A stretch of DNA of 63,219 bases, counting the filler, from Bigelowiella natans CCMP2755 (taxonomy: Eukaryota > Protista > Cercozoa), in NCBI GenBank assembly GCA_000320545.1. It is 10 parts of 10 records of this genome, joined end to end, with 100 filler letters (N's around TTAATTAATTAA, not from the genome) between each part and the next. Parts side by side here need not be neighbours in the genome. Positions count along the whole stretch, not along the records: positions 1 to 16,914 come from ADNK01001242.1; positions 17,015 to 25,317 come from ADNK01000935.1; positions 25,418 to 30,799 come from ADNK01001422.1; 7 more parts are not named here. One strand, written 5' to 3'. Within the stretch, counting starts at the first letter, position 1; each line of letters opens with the position of its first letter. Positions 12,801 to 27,143 of the stretch are shown piece after piece. Both the position numbers and the translations under genes were made by a program. The notes under the pieces were generated by a model. The model did not search any database. It had not been told where the DNA came from and saw only the letters and a list, made by a program, of their open reading frames with translations.

Positions 12801-13862
12801 ATGCGTCGTAGTATTGGTTGAAGCAGACAAGACGACCTCAAATGTTGAGCCCTCAATTGAAACAACTGTTTACAGTGTGGAAACCTAACTTGTAGCTTTC
12901 CATACATATTCTTTTTCCTACTTTCAACAACGCCTATAATGGGTAATGTAAAAAGTGTGCAGATAGATGGTAAATGATATCAAAATATTAATATCAAAGG
13001 AGTGGAAAATTGTGAAATTTTGCGTTGCTTAGACCTAAGCGCCCGTGCAGCAGTCCTGACGAAGACGAAGACGACGCACAATCCACCTTCGAACAATAGG
13101 TCAAAACTGTGAATCACACTTTCGGCAGCATGTGGTGCCAAAAATAACAATAATAAAAATTTTGCTGATGCACCATAACGATTTGTCCTTCACGCAGCTC
13201 AGGCCAACTCCGTTGGTTGTTTATTCGAGTTTTAAGTTTGCCTGGAGTAGGTTCTTGGGTGCTATCATATGACAGAGCAAATGTAGTAAAACTAGTGACC
13301 ACCAGTATTCTCCATCGTTTCTCAAATCTCATCGCTGCATGAGTATTATTTCTCCAAGGTATTATTCTGATATTTTTCAAGTCTTAAGCTTGAAAGCTCA
13401 GAGGCTCCCTCAATGTGTGATCACGGTCATCGTATAACTATCATCGCATGGTTCATCCCTCCGGTAGGCACGTTCCGTTGGTGGATTTGAATAAAAAAAA
13501 GCACAAATATGTTCATGCGTGCGTTTTATCTCTACGACAATGATTACACAGATCATCAGTATACAATGGTGATAATATTACTCACAACAATCAAAACAAC
13601 AATTATTTCGAGTTTGCTATATGATCACCTATAGGAATCCTAGTACAATAACCACAACACAACATCAAAAACACTACTATATGTTACTTGTAATATTATT
13701 ACACCGATACAACATCTGAAATATTTTATCTACATACACAATATTCGACACAACAATTATGATTTGTGTGCTCCTCATTTTCTTTGTTCTTTGTTCATGT
13801 TCCAAAAAGGAGGACAGGCGGCTTGCGAGATAAGAAGAAGAAGAAGAAGAAGGAGGGGACGA

Positions 13863-15481
13863 TGATGGAGGAGGACCTTGCATACGACACACCGCCGTTC
13901 TTGGGGAATGCTACAGAACACCCTGAGGATCAGACTCCTCCTTTCATCGATACAAACCAACTTGACAGCTTCATCGAGAACTCGGTGAAACAGGAATTGG
14001 AAAAGATGCTCGCCTGGTTCTGGGGTACAAACCGCAATCGTGTTGATCCACCGACCAGAGGACTAATGAAGATGCCCAGTGCACAACCATCTCAATGGGT
14101 CATGGAGAGATTTTGCGGATCGTCGCAACAGCAAGAGATCACTGATACATCGTAAGCTTTTGTTTCACCGTAAACACCCAATTTGTCCATCGTGGCCATT
14201 CCCTTGGTTGAGGATAGATAGACTACATCCCCCTCGCAAAGTTGTAGTAGTCTTCAGTGATAAATTATTTGATGACTATTTTCTACCGTCAGATCTCAAA
14301 AGGGTACCACTGCTACTACTAGTAGTACTACTAAAAAATCTGGGGATTCAAAGCCTGGATCAAACAATAGACCCATCGTTAACCTCGTTACATCTGATGA
14401 TGATGACGACGGCGACGACAAAAAACCTGCTAAAGTGGTAAGTGGTAGTTGTGATGTATGCATGTATCTATGAATGTGTACGCACATATGTATGTAGTGG
14501 TACAATAATGACCCTTCTTTGAACAAGATACCACTACCATATTAAATCTCTGATATGATTTATGCAGATTACCAGTCAGGACGTCAAACAATGGAAAACA
14601 GAGGAACTTACAGGATATGTAAACAGCCACCCACAAAACGCCAGTGTCATTCCTCTGATAATTTGGCCGAACATTCACTCAATGTTTCACCCCCCCCATT
14701 CTTTCACCCACGTTACTTTTTACTAATCTTTTATATATGAATCTAAAACCAGGTGGCGACTAAGCTCAAGCCGAGCAAAGCAGATTTAGAAGTTTTGCAA
14801 CGTGAAAAAGTCACCGGGTAGTGTAGTAGAAATTACTTCGGAGTAGTAGTAGTAGTACTAGTAGTAGTAGAAGTGGTATTTAAAAAGTATCATTATCGGA
14901 AAAGGGGATTTAATTGTGATGATGTTGTGTTACAAGTAGCCACGTAATTAAAATGTTATTTATCCCCCATTTATGAATTAATAGCCGCCAACTATGTCCT
15001 CCTCCTCCTCCTCCTCCTCTTCCTCCTCTTCCCTCGTTGTCGTCATCTTTGGTATCACTTCTTAAATCGTTTTCATCTTCTCACCATCATCATCAATAAA
15101 TAGATACAAGCTCAGTCGCTGTACCTTCAATGACCTTGTGGGATTCGGGATCAAGTAAGTTCTTCAATGGTTTCTATCAATGTGTAAAAATTGGAGATGA
15201 TGCCAAAAGGAGGAGTAGTAACAAAGTCTCTCTCTATTTTTAGCGAGGAGGTTGCGACGAAGCTCGTTATGGTAAAACACGTTTCCGCGTTTGCACGCGC
15301 GCGCGTAATGTTTTTCGAATTCCATTTTTTCTCATCAAAATAGAATAATTTATGTACAAAATATACTCTCACCCATATCATAATAAAATATGATTTAAAT
15401 TGATGTATCTACTACGTATCATCATATATCACGACACGTGCTCGCACAAAATACACACACACACACACACACACACACATA

Positions 15482-15515
<34 letters not shown>

Positions 15516-15532
15516 TTAAGTAAGTAGTAGTA

Positions 15533-15592
<60 letters not shown>

Positions 15593-15867
15593 ATAAAAAC
15601 ATATACGTAAACATATTAATTCGAAATTTGTGTGTATGCACTTTTCAGTACACATTTTATCGCCAATGAAGATGACAACAGGATTCCAACGAAATGAATA
15701 AAAATATATTTTTCACAGCTGGCTGCTACTGGGGAAGAAGTAAAATTGGAGGTAGTAAGCAGTAAGTAGCAGGATATTTAAGAGGAGGAGGAGAAATAAG
15801 GATAATTAGATGGTATAATAAAAAAGGAACAGATAGAAAACAACAGTGTAATACAATAGTAAATGTG

Positions 15868-15903
<36 letters not shown>

Positions 15904-16914
15904 TGTATATCACTATCAGTTACTACAACTGATTGATGATGAGATAGTAGAAATAATAAATGATGTTATTTATATCTGTTATCATTTTTTGCTGCTATTT
16001 GTTTACTGCAAGATAATATAATAAATTTTCTATTTCATATCTCGCATGACATTGTGTTATCATATGTAACTACAACACTATACTCACAGAAAGAAAAGAA
16101 GCCTGCTTATCTGGCTGCTGCACTCCGTAAACAAGAAGAAAAAAGGGTTGTTTGACGTCATCATTTTTCATCATCATCGTCACATACCACCTGCAGATTA
16201 GGATATATTATAATCACGTGCGGTAATTTATTGTAATTTCTCCTAATATAGAGAGAGCAGTACCTCTTGCGAGCAATGCAAAGCAGTTTTGCTCAATCTC
16301 AGCATCATCATTAACAATATTGGGAGCTTGTTTATTTGTAACAAGTATCTCTTCTCAATGAAAAATTTAAATCTAGAGAAAAGCAGATGCTGGGGGGAAA
16401 AGACAGAAAGCTGTGACGACAGCAAAAAATGTATTAACTGCCGAGTATCAACAATATCAGTACTGTTGTGATCACCTCATAATGTCTCACATCATATCAC
16501 ATTACAGGAGGAGGACGGAAATATGGATCCTAAAAAGGGAACTGGAAAGGTGGTGGCGGGAATTGAGATTGATGGCGACGATGGTGATGATAATAATGCC
16601 ACCAACGCGAAAGGAGGAAATTTTAAGAGTTTAAGTAGCAAACGACAGGGGTAAGATATTCTAAAATTCGGAATTGAAGAAATTTTGTTGAGCTGATGCG
16701 TGCACATTACAACTGTTGATGCATTTCACTCATACCTTCTTTGATATCAGTTTGTTAACCCCTGAGTCACGGAAAAGGCTCAAAGCTCGCGTGAAGAGGA
16801 AACGAGAAGAAAAAAAGCTGCAACAGGTGGGTAGACCATCATGAACTCCCCTGCCTTCCCCTTTCCATTTATCTTCACACTAAAATACTCCATATTGGAT
16901 GTTTGTGAAAAGAA
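13863..16914 (+). CDS. Multi-exon gene of unknown function with charged/coiled-coil exons; truncated at contig end
   Basis: Series of short AG..GT-bounded open exons: VATKLKPSKADLEVLQREK (~14753), YKLSRCTFNDLVGFGI (~15105), EEVATKLVM, KEKKPAYLAAALRKQEEK and LTPESRKRLKARVKRKREEKKLQQ (~16755-16826). No family recognised; start uncertain. Confidence 0.4.
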
Positions 16915-17014
16915 NNNNNNNNNNNNNNNNNNNNNNNNNNNNNNNNNNNNNNNNNNNNTTAATTAATTAANNNNNNNNNNNNNNNNNNNNNNNNNNNNNN
17001 NNNNNNNNNNNNNN
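16915..17014. other. Artificial contig linker (44 N + TTAATTAATTAA + 44 N)
   Basis: Six-frame-stop spacer. Identical linkers at 25318-25417, 30800-30899, 52260-52359, 53776-53875, 55806-55905, 57134-57233, 60580-60679 and 61941-62040. Confidence 0.98.
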
Positions 17015-18130
17015 TTCGTGGTCATTATTTGTTTTATTACATCTCCGTTTGCTGCAGCCGCCATCAGTGCCGTGATGCCGCGGTCGTTGGCCTTGACACC
17101 AGAAAAGAGGGGGAGGGGAAGGAGGGGGGGGGAATATGGAGAAAATATCGAATAGTGATGAAATGCTATCGAGTCGCTTCTAGCGTGCACGAACATAGCC
17201 AGCATCACATTCCACACACTAAGAACATTTTTCCGACCTGATTGATGCTTGTCCGGTCGCAGTTGACCAATGCCTCGACGACTCTCTCCGCACCCTAGTA
17301 GGCACACACGCATGCGTCATCCATTAAACAGTGACACACACACACACACCGATCTGCCATCTTCAGAGGCCAAGCGCATGCCACCTTTCACCATCGGTTT
17401 TCAAATCAATCATAAAACTTCCACACAACCAAAGACTTCGCCTGTGTGAATGCATCTAAAAACGACACCTTCTCGGCGGCGATCAGGAGCGCAAACGCCC
17501 TGAAATAGTGGGTATGAAGCATATCAATCCTGCTTCCCCCCCCCCCCCCCAAAAAAAGCCACAACTTTCGATGCCGTTCCAATCTATGTCAGTTGTACAA
17601 ACGATGGCGAAGAGGGCTCTAATACATATCTATAAGATCTAATGTATTTTTCGCGTTTTTAGGGGGGGAGGAAAAGGAGGACGGGGGGGGAGAGGAAAGT
17701 TTGGAAGGTGGTGTAGCGGATGAAACGTACCCTTTTTTGGACTTAATGTTAGGATTTGCCCCTTTCGAGAGCATGAGCCGCACCTATACGACGATGATGA
17801 AGGGTTGGCCAACAGGATGTGAAAATGACGATGATGATGATGACGATTGGAGTCATAGAAAAGCGATTATTATCATTATATTTTCCGATTCCCCTCGGTA
17901 TATATCCAATCGTGGCGTTCACTTTGTGATGGCACTCCGCTTCTATTCGTCCATTTGATCTCAGTGGTCTGTCTCTATCAGTCAGTGTCGCTGTTACCAC
18001 CCCCCCTCCCCGTACCTTGTCGACGTCCCCAACTTGGCATGCACTCTGCGGTTTATCACGATTTAAGTGAGGGGTACAAATAGCTACTTCCAAGCATCTT
18101 TTCCTCCTCCTCCTCCTCCTCCTCCTCCTC

Positions 18131-18169
<39 letters not shown>

Positions 18170-18735
18170 TCATCATCATCATCTTCTTCTTCTTCTTCTT
18201 CTTCTTCTTCTTTCTCTGGTCGTATGATGTGCGGCTGGGGAGCGGTTAACAGCGGAAGAACTAGCTGCAGCATCGGCAGATACGCATGCCATTGAAGGTG
18301 ACATTCTGCGACCATGAGAGCCGTGTGGCCGTCCTTTACGGTTTTGGCGTCGAGGGGAACGTCAAGGTCCATCAGATATCTGCAGATATGCGCATATAGC
18401 TAGTGAGATTTGAATGGTGATGCGGGGCTTGTGATGCATGCATGGCGAAGATGGATAAATCCACCCTCTCACAGTCAGTCCCCTGCTCTCATATCCCGGT
18501 GTTCTCGGCAGCTTCTCACTCTTCGCACTCGAATGTCAGAATGCGCCAGACGTGCTTGCATTGTTGTAGGACGGTGAGAAGGCGGAGGTGTACACATTCA
18601 AACGTCTCACATCTCATACGTGTACACACACACATACATACACACACGTACACACTCCGCGCCTCCGCACACACCTGAAGATCGCGTCGTTCCCGTGCAT
18701 GATCGCCAGCATCAATGCATTCAGCCCATACCTAC

Positions 18736-18772
<37 letters not shown>

Positions 18773-19287
18773 GGAAGGAAGAGGCAACGTTCGGGCGTGC
18801 TGCTGAATATGATCATTATGATGAAACGATGGTGGTGAGGCTGGTGAGGATATTTATGGACCAGGGATGAAAGGATGATGATAATGGTATTGTTACGCTG
18901 CCGCTCATTGTCATCGTCATCGTTTGCTGGGGGAATTGCTTACTTATCAGCAGCGGCTGCATCGGCACCGCGAGAGACCAGAAACTTGCGAGGGGGGAGA
19001 GGGTAAAGAAAGGTGCACAGCACCAGCAAGAAAGCAATTCTATGTTTGAGGGCGTCACTACCATGAAAAAGGGGGGGGGGGGGGGGTTAGGTTGGATTAG
19101 TGGCTGCGTTGCAGTCTATCAGCCCGGAGAGCAAGCACACCGTGCGTTTATACGCGTATCATATTGACATTCTTGCAAGAGCCCTTCTCCTCCTCATTTC
19201 ACACCATGAGTACCTTCATCGTATCGATGTCGCCTGCAACCAGAACCGGGTTCTGCCTGAACACACAAACACACACACACACACAGA

Positions 19288-19322
<35 letters not shown>

Positions 19323-19944
19323 GGGGGGGGGGGACGCACGTTACTCTTACATTTATACCATCAACCATCAATATCGCGCATACGAGCACTCATCACCATC
19401 ACCGTCACCATCATAACCAACGTGTAAACTGAATGCTCCCCACCCGGTCTTCGTCTGCCTGTTGGGGTCCGCGTCTGTGAGGATTAACAATCGCAATTGT
19501 GATCATAGTCAATGATGAAAGCTTGAAACAAAAATCTATCGATTTGAGGATGATGGGGATGATGATGATAACGGTGATGATGGAAAAGAAGTAGGGATGC
19601 GCTATAGACCATGATCCATAAGCAGCAAGCATGCCTGCGAATCTCTCTGAAGCACCGCCACGTAGAGAGGTGTATGGCCGTCTTTTAAGTCCTGGGGAGA
19701 GTAATTTGAGTATCATTACCGGTGATATATGAGAGGAAAGTCTTGTCTATCTACCTGAGAGTTGGGATCTGCCCCTGCCTCCAGAAGAATCTGCATGATG
19801 TCGTGGCGGCGGCTCATCGTAGCGGAAAGGAGAGGCGATATCCGGTCGTCGTTGGGGAGATTCACGTCGGCTCCTGTGGACATTATTAACGTGTACAACG
19901 AGGAGGGGCTTATGGTGAAATTAGGATGAGGACTTGTGAATAAT

Positions 19945-19988
<44 letters not shown>

Positions 19989-20912
19989 GGGGAGGCGGGG
20001 GGGGAAGGTGATTGGTTGTTCAAGGCACCGAGATCTATCAGCGTCTCAACAGCGAGCGTGTGGCCATTTGCCGCAGCTTGGATGAGAGCCGTTGTTGCCT
20101 TCGGTTCCGACGGCGTGTTTACGTCCGCGCCACGTTTGACCAGTGATCTTATCAACTCGGCATCACCTGTGCGTTTGTTCAGCACGAAGAACCCCGTCAA
20201 GGAGTAAACGAAAAACAGCAGCAGCAGCAACAACAACAACAAGAACAACAGCAGCAGCAGCAACAACAACCAACTAGAAGTTATCGGAGATTATAACCTT
20301 TAAGGGCTGCAGCATAGAGAAACATGGGGTTTTTCGGGTCGCCATTTTCGATAGTAGTACGATTCAGTGAGAATGAAGTCGGCGGGGAGGGGCGATTGCA
20401 GCTACTGCAGGGAGCAGTGCGGGCTGTACACACAGAGGAACGATAATCAAAAAATATGAATAGCCAAACGAGAAAGATTCGGTAAGAAAGTAACACTCTT
20501 CTCCCCCGCCCCTCCCAACAAAGACATGTCTTCTTTGTATGTAGTGGCACTAGACAATCACATTTTTTTAAGTTGGTAAACGAAGACGGTCATGGAATCG
20601 ACTGTCCGTATCCGTACCCAAAGGCGAACTCCCGCAGCTTTCCGGTTGGCCGACTGACGCAGAGCAGCCTCCACGCAAGCGAGCTGAGAGCACTATGGAA
20701 GGCGATGCAAGCCTTGTCCTCTGTTGTCGGTATGATCTATGAGGAACCGACAACGGCGATGACAGAGCGCTGGATCGAACACAGCGGCCCACGCGCTGTG
20801 GAGGCGATAGGCCCTCGATCTGCTGAGTCTTTCCGAGAGTCAGAGCGATGACGGCCAAGGCCAACGCAAGCAGCAGAACTCCCACGGAACCGAAAATCAT
20901 CCGCCGTGCCAT
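17015..20912 (-). CDS. Ankyrin-repeat protein with a bipartite (signal peptide + transit-peptide-like) leader, multi-exon, 3' truncated
   Basis: Leader MARRMIFGSVGVLLLALALAVIALTLG followed by an S/R-rich segment. Ankyrin exons: GDAELIRSLVKRGADVNTPSEPKATTALIQAAANGHTLAVETLIDL, GADVNLPNDDRISPLLSATMSRRHDIMQILLEAGADPNSQ, GLNALMLAIMHGND, DGHTALMVA and RGITALMAAAANGD. Confidence 0.85.
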
Positions 20913-21631
20913 CTGGCTTGACGCAGCTTCGAGCGATCCTCTTCCTTCTGGGTCTCCCTGCCTGTCCTTTGTGTCCTCCCTCCCCCCCCCGAGCGAACGG
21001 GTTGGACCTGGTACGATGTGTTTTCGGGCCCCGAGCTCACGGGAGGCACACAGCGTGCTTGAGCGTCGTGTTGCGTCAGGACAAGAAATTCTTGCGACCA
21101 GAGGCGAATTAGCTCCTGCGACAACACCGACGGTGTTGTCGCATATCAAATATCCGTAAAACTTCCTCTATTTTTTCACCAAGAGCGACAAGGAAGTGGA
21201 GTTGACGCAGTAGCAAATTGCGGGCCAACGTCGCCGTTATGGGACTACGTGCAACAAACATCGGATCGGCGCCCCAGCTTGGAAGAGAGGTTCTGCCTCC
21301 TCGTTCGTGGCGCCAAGGAGGTGGGTAGCGGGGAAGAGAGTTTGGGACATGAATGTACGAAAGGAGTGAAAGATACGGTCTGTTTGCTGGGTAAAGCATG
21401 AGTCGATGTCAACGTGCTGTGCAAGTTTCCTCTCCCCTCTCCTTCCTCTTTTCTGGAAGCAAGCATACTCAGGATATTCAATATAGTGCTTTGATTAGGG
21501 GGTCTTTTCCAGCTCGACGTGCTTTAGACTCATAGAAACAGACTAGTGATAATTAAGAGCGGGAGTCTGCGCAGTCAGAAACAACGCGAATTCGGAAGTA
21601 ATTAATAAATAAGGAAAGATCAGTTTAAGAA

Positions 21632-22109
21632 ATGGCCGACGGCGACGATCCTTTTGCCGATTTTTTCGGACCTGATGGCGGCCTTAAAGTTCCAGAAATG
21701 GTAGGATGCGTCCAATAACATAGCATGCGCATAGAATATCCCGATTATTGTTGTAAAAGAGGAACCCGATGATGATGATGACGAACTCTTTCTTTCTTGA
21801 GAATCTCAAAAAATATCTACATCGACGACTTGAAGAAAGATGTAGTGTTTCGCCTCACGTTTGGAAGAAAAGGAGTTGAATCAACGAAAGATGGAAAGGG
21901 TCGAGGGGATGCGACCGAGAGTAGAGAGATCTTGTCGAACGAATCACGTCATTAGAACAGTCTTCTGAGGTCATCATCGTTGTTGTTATGATATAGGGTA
22001 AGAAACCGCGTTCAAGTCGGTCAAGAAGCGCTCAGCCTGTTCCCAGCCGTAGCAAGACCGATCCCACAAACACCAGCAGCCACCAGCAGCAGGTGAAATA
22101 CCTAAATAA

Positions 22110-22144
<35 letters not shown>

Positions 22145-22650
22145 TGTACCGACAGCTGAGGGGGACATCAATCCATTCCTCGCCAACAGCTACTGATTCT
22201 CTGTACGTCCTGTTTTTCTTCTTCTCCTTCTTCTTCTTCTTCTTCTTCATCATCATCATCATCATCATGATCTCCGCATATCGGCGATGATGAACAGGCG
22301 ACTGAATGGCCGCCAATCTCTGGCAGAGCGGCATCGCTTGGGATCGCAAGGCCGCCAGGGGTCGATAGGAGTTTTCGGATGGCTTCCTTAGGCCCACCAA
22401 GCTCAACGGCACCTCACCCAAGTGATGACGACCGAAAGCAGCAGCAGCAGCAGAGGCCTACAGCAAAAACGACATCGTCGTCATCTTCAGTGAATCCTTT
22501 CATGGTGGATGGTCCGAATCCCTTCATGGCACAGCTTAATGATGATGATGATGATGATGATGATACTGCTGCTGCTGCGGTGCTGCCACCAGAGCATCAT
22601 AGGGTGACGTCCTCGTTGACAGATGAGGGCATGGACTTCGACTCCGACCT

Positions 22651-22718
<68 letters not shown>

Positions 22719-23775
22719 TGTGTGTGTGTACATAAAATCATATGCGTATTCATAATGTGCATATCCTCCGATTTTCACAATCAATCGCACACGTTTGCGG
22801 AAAGCAAGTCAGTGATGCTGGAAGTGTTGCACGCTCTGTGTTTCATGGAGCAGATGTGGCTATTCGTTTGCTGGGAAATAGTCTTGTAGCGTGTTGGTGG
22901 GGGAGGGAGATTCGTCCATTAAACGCTCTCCAGCTTTTCCTCTGTCTAATCGATATTGTGGCGGCTCGCGCCATTCCACTGTTAATCAGGCAAAAATGGC
23001 AGTTCCGGTGAAGGTGGATTCCAAGAGGTAATAGCAAAGCGAGAGTTCAAACGCTTAGAATAGCTTTTTCGTCAAGACTCGTCTCCATATCGTTATTTAT
23101 TCTCACACGCGCGTGCATCATACTTTATATGCTGTTGGGAATGGATGCTGCCATTCGTCGTTGCAAAACTGAAACATCATCTGGTTCTTTGAAATTCTCT
23201 TCTTCTTCTATGTGGCTGCTTTGTGGCGGTATCTTGCAATTTGGATTTTTAAAAACTTGGGATTTTCCTCCTTTTTTTTTATCCTGGGGGGGGGGGGTTG
23301 GCGTCCGCAACCAAACTTGTTGCGTTTATTTCCCCCGTTTCATACGTGAAGGGGACTTTTACAAGCGCCCGGGGGGGGGGGGGGCGTCTGGCTTTTTTTG
23401 GGCTAGTTTTAACGCTCTTGTCCGCCAAATGAATACGTTCATGCTAAGAGCAATATGTACTATGCTGCTTGTTTACTATTATCTCTTCTCTCACTTCCAG
23501 GGGCAGTAGCTACTGCCCTGCTATTTGGTTTCTTACATGTCCATCGTTTTGCATCTAGTAGTTTATAGCGTATTGCCTCCACCGATCACCACCGCCACCA
23601 TCATCACCGTCGCGATTGTATTAGGCACGCTAATGGAAGGATAGAGAAGGCAATGTCCAAGATGGAAGAGATGGGCTACAAAGACAAGTCAAAGGTGAGG
23701 AGACGGCATATCATCATCGGAGATGTACAGATGAAACGCCAATGCATTTCGGCCCGGCGACACGTCAATTTGCAT

Positions 23776-23822
<47 letters not shown>

Positions 23823-23935
23823 ATATTTATATATTTATATATTTATATATTTATTTCTATTACATATCCAGAACCTTAGCGCCCTGGTAGCTTCAAAGGG
23901 CGACTTCAACCTGGCCCTGGACATCATCTTAGGGT
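21632..23935 (+). CDS. Low-complexity protein with a C-terminal UBA domain, multi-exon
   Basis: Start MADGDDPFADFFGPDGGLKVPEM|gt, an internal exon with two NPF motifs (VNPFMVDGPNPFM), and last exons KAMSKMEEMGYKDKSK + NLSALVASKGDFNLALDIILG matching UBA (MGY/F...N..AL....GD...A). Confidence 0.6.
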
Positions 23936-24603
23936 GCGACCGAGCGGCTGACCTTTCATCGCAGCGGCGCATAAATGATGATGATGATGATATCAAAACG
24001 CCGCAAGATCTTCCAATTATATATCGCAACACGCTATCGATCCTAATCGGTCTCGTGTGTGCTTTTTTCTTTCTTTCTTTCTTTCTTTGTTCTTACTCGA
24101 GATTCAATCGTAACTGAGTCCGTCTATACAAATTTCGAATTCCCCCCTCCCCCCCCCCCCTCCCCCTACGAGCTGCCCCGCACCCGAAGCCGAGCCCTGG
24201 CAAGAAGATGGACAGAGGGAGGAAGAAACATCACCATAAGCAACAACGGAAAGCAGCTGTTTCAGCAGCAGCATTAGGTGATATATCATGATTATAATGG
24301 CATCATGTTAGGCTTCTCCGCTCCCCCCCTTCATTTTAGTGGCATAAGAGATCGAATCCTCACGTCACCCCCCTGTATGCATGCTGATTCTTTTTTAAAT
24401 TTTTTGCCTACCATAACATCGTCCTGTCGTGTGTGTTCGCTCTTCCTACCATCACAACCGCCATCTCCCTGATGATGTTCCATGGCTACTTCCTCGCCGT
24501 TTGCCTATCCTTTTTTCTGCATTTTGGGATTTATTCGATTTGCAAATTGATGACTGTGTTCTCTTGGAAACTTGCGTGGGTGGTGCTGCATGCATGCATC
24601 CCG

Positions 24604-24640
<37 letters not shown>

Positions 24641-25533
24641 TTCCTTCCCCCAAAACCACAACCAAACCATTCAATGAACCTCTTAAAAAAATAAATAAAT
24701 AATAATATAAAATATAATGAAGCGGCGGAAACTCCTGCCGCCGCTGAATTGAAACTTCCGCCGGCGCCCACCGCGCTCCCCCCCCCCCCCAACCGACAAA
24801 TCCGGGGCGAAATCCCCGCTGTCGAATTCCTCCGTTTTCTCCATATCCCCTCTGGCATCATCGCGGCAGAGAATTCACTCTCACGACATAGCCTCTCCCA
24901 CCGCCTCATCGTCTAAACCAACGTCGCCAAACGAATCTTCCATTGCGGAAGTGCTGGCCTCGCTAGACGTTGATGGGGGAGGGGCAAGAATTCCGCGTTC
25001 GGTGTCTCTTGACGGTTATATACCGCCACCCGGTGCAAGCAGAAATACTCCTTTACGTATTCATTTTCCTCTGCACCCGTTTATTTTTATTTTCAAATTT
25101 ATTGAAGAGGGCGCGTGCCGAGGGAGGGGGGGGCGGGGGGTGGGGGGGGAGAAAGGAGGTCGTTAATATTTGCGTGAAGGGGAAGGAACTCTGAAAACAG
25201 GCACATATTTATTGTTCTCCAGGTGATGATCGAGTTAGTACGCTCAATAAATCGGTAGGATTTCTACTATCATCACCGCCGGTGCCATTGAAATGCTGCA
25301 CCACCCCCTCCCCCCCANNNNNNNNNNNNNNNNNNNNNNNNNNNNNNNNNNNNNNNNNNNNTTAATTAATTAANNNNNNNNNNNNNNNNNNNNNNNNNNN
25401 NNNNNNNNNNNNNNNNNCAACATCATCATCATCATCATCATCATCCTCCTACTACTACTACGACATCATCATCATCACGACGACAACAACGACGACGTCA
25501 ACATCATCATCATCTTCTTCTTCATCATCATCG

Positions 25534-27112
25534 TCAAGGTAAAGTACTACTACTACCAACAACAACATCATGATGTCGTTGTCCTCCTCCTCCTCCTCCT
25601 CCTCCTCCTCCTCCTCCTTTTCCATCATCACCTCTCTTGTTGATGGCCGCAAGTGGAGAAGAGGAGGAGGAGGGTAAGTAGCATTGCTGCCTCCTCCTCC
25701 TCCTCCTGTGTACGATACTAGTAGGACTTCGGTACCATAACGATGATGAAGAAGAAGAGGATGATGATGGCATTAACGACGTATTGTATGGCCTCTTGAT
25801 GAGGATTCCTTCGTAGTAGTAGCAGGATGATGATGATGAAGAAGATGATGTTGTCCCATATTTACCAGGAGTCGTACTAGTTGTACCTTCTTTCTCTCTC
25901 CTTCCATTCTCCTCCTCTTCCTTTTGTTGTTGTTGTTGTTGTTGTCTTCGTAACTCCTCCTCCTCCTCCTCCTCCTCCTCCTCTCTTATCTGTTGGCGTC
26001 GTGCTCTCCGGTATCGACGCCTTCGCATGATTTCCTTCTGCTCGGCCAATATGATGGTGTTGGTGGCTTTGTTGACCAACATTTCTGTAAAAGATTCTAA
26101 CGCAGAAGAGTCTGGTATTGTCCAGCATTCGTCGGCATTCATTTGTGCAAGAACGTTGCACCACTGCCGCAACGAAGGCAGCAAAGGAGAAGAAGATGAA
26201 GAACCAACCTTACCAAACTCGTCGCTGCTTTTATCATTATTAATATTATTATCATCATCATTTCCATTTCCCATCGCCTTCTTCTTCTTCTTTGCCTTTT
26301 CGTTGTCGTCGTTGTTGTTGTTGTTGTTGTTGTTGTTGACTTCTTCCTCCACCCCCCCCCTCCTCCTACTATTATCATCATCATTATCAGCAGCATGATC
26401 GTCGAGGGAGGCTGGTTCAGGGGGCTGGTGACGATCATTAGGGATTGGCTGCTGATTGCCATCTGAATATGCGTCGCGCTGATGACGATGAGAGGGAGGA
26501 GGAGGAGCAAGAGGGCGATGATCACGAAGAAGAACAAGTGGTTCCCCAATGCTGCTATTGCTTCCTACTCCTCCTCCTAATGATGCTGCTGCAGCTGCTG
26601 CATCTACTTTTGGAACAGCTGTTGATTTTCCTTCAGCTGTTTTATCATCTTCATTTCCCATTATCGGTGTCGGCACCTTTGTCGCTGCTGCCGCCTCCTC
26701 TTTTCCCTCCTCATCAGCAACAACGACCTGCTTCTTATCGGTGCTGATGCTGTTGTTGTTGAACAACATATTTCTCCATCCCTTTTCATCAGCCCCCCCC
26801 CCCATGTGATTTGTCTTTGTCTTTGTCCTCGTCTTGTCTCTAAACGGCGAATTGAACTCGCTGAACGACTGTCTTGTACCTTTGAGGGGATGATGTGATG
26901 ATGTTGTTGATGTTGTTGTTGTTGATGATGATGATGATGGTGAAATTTTACAACAATGACAATAATGAACTCTACTCTCGCATATAGGCGTGGCGATCAT
27001 CACTGCTCAAAGTTGTTGATGATGATATTGACGATAGCTAAATCTTAAAAGATAATTCTTCAGCGCTCACATAAAGTGACAATAAAAATCCTAAATCTTT
27101 GAGTGCATTTCC

Positions 27113-27143
<31 letters not shown>

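Noticed and set aside
16959-16970. TTAATTAATTAA motif recurring nine times within N runs
   Set aside because: Artificial six-frame-stop linker between contigs. Gene adjacency across the linkers has no biological meaning.
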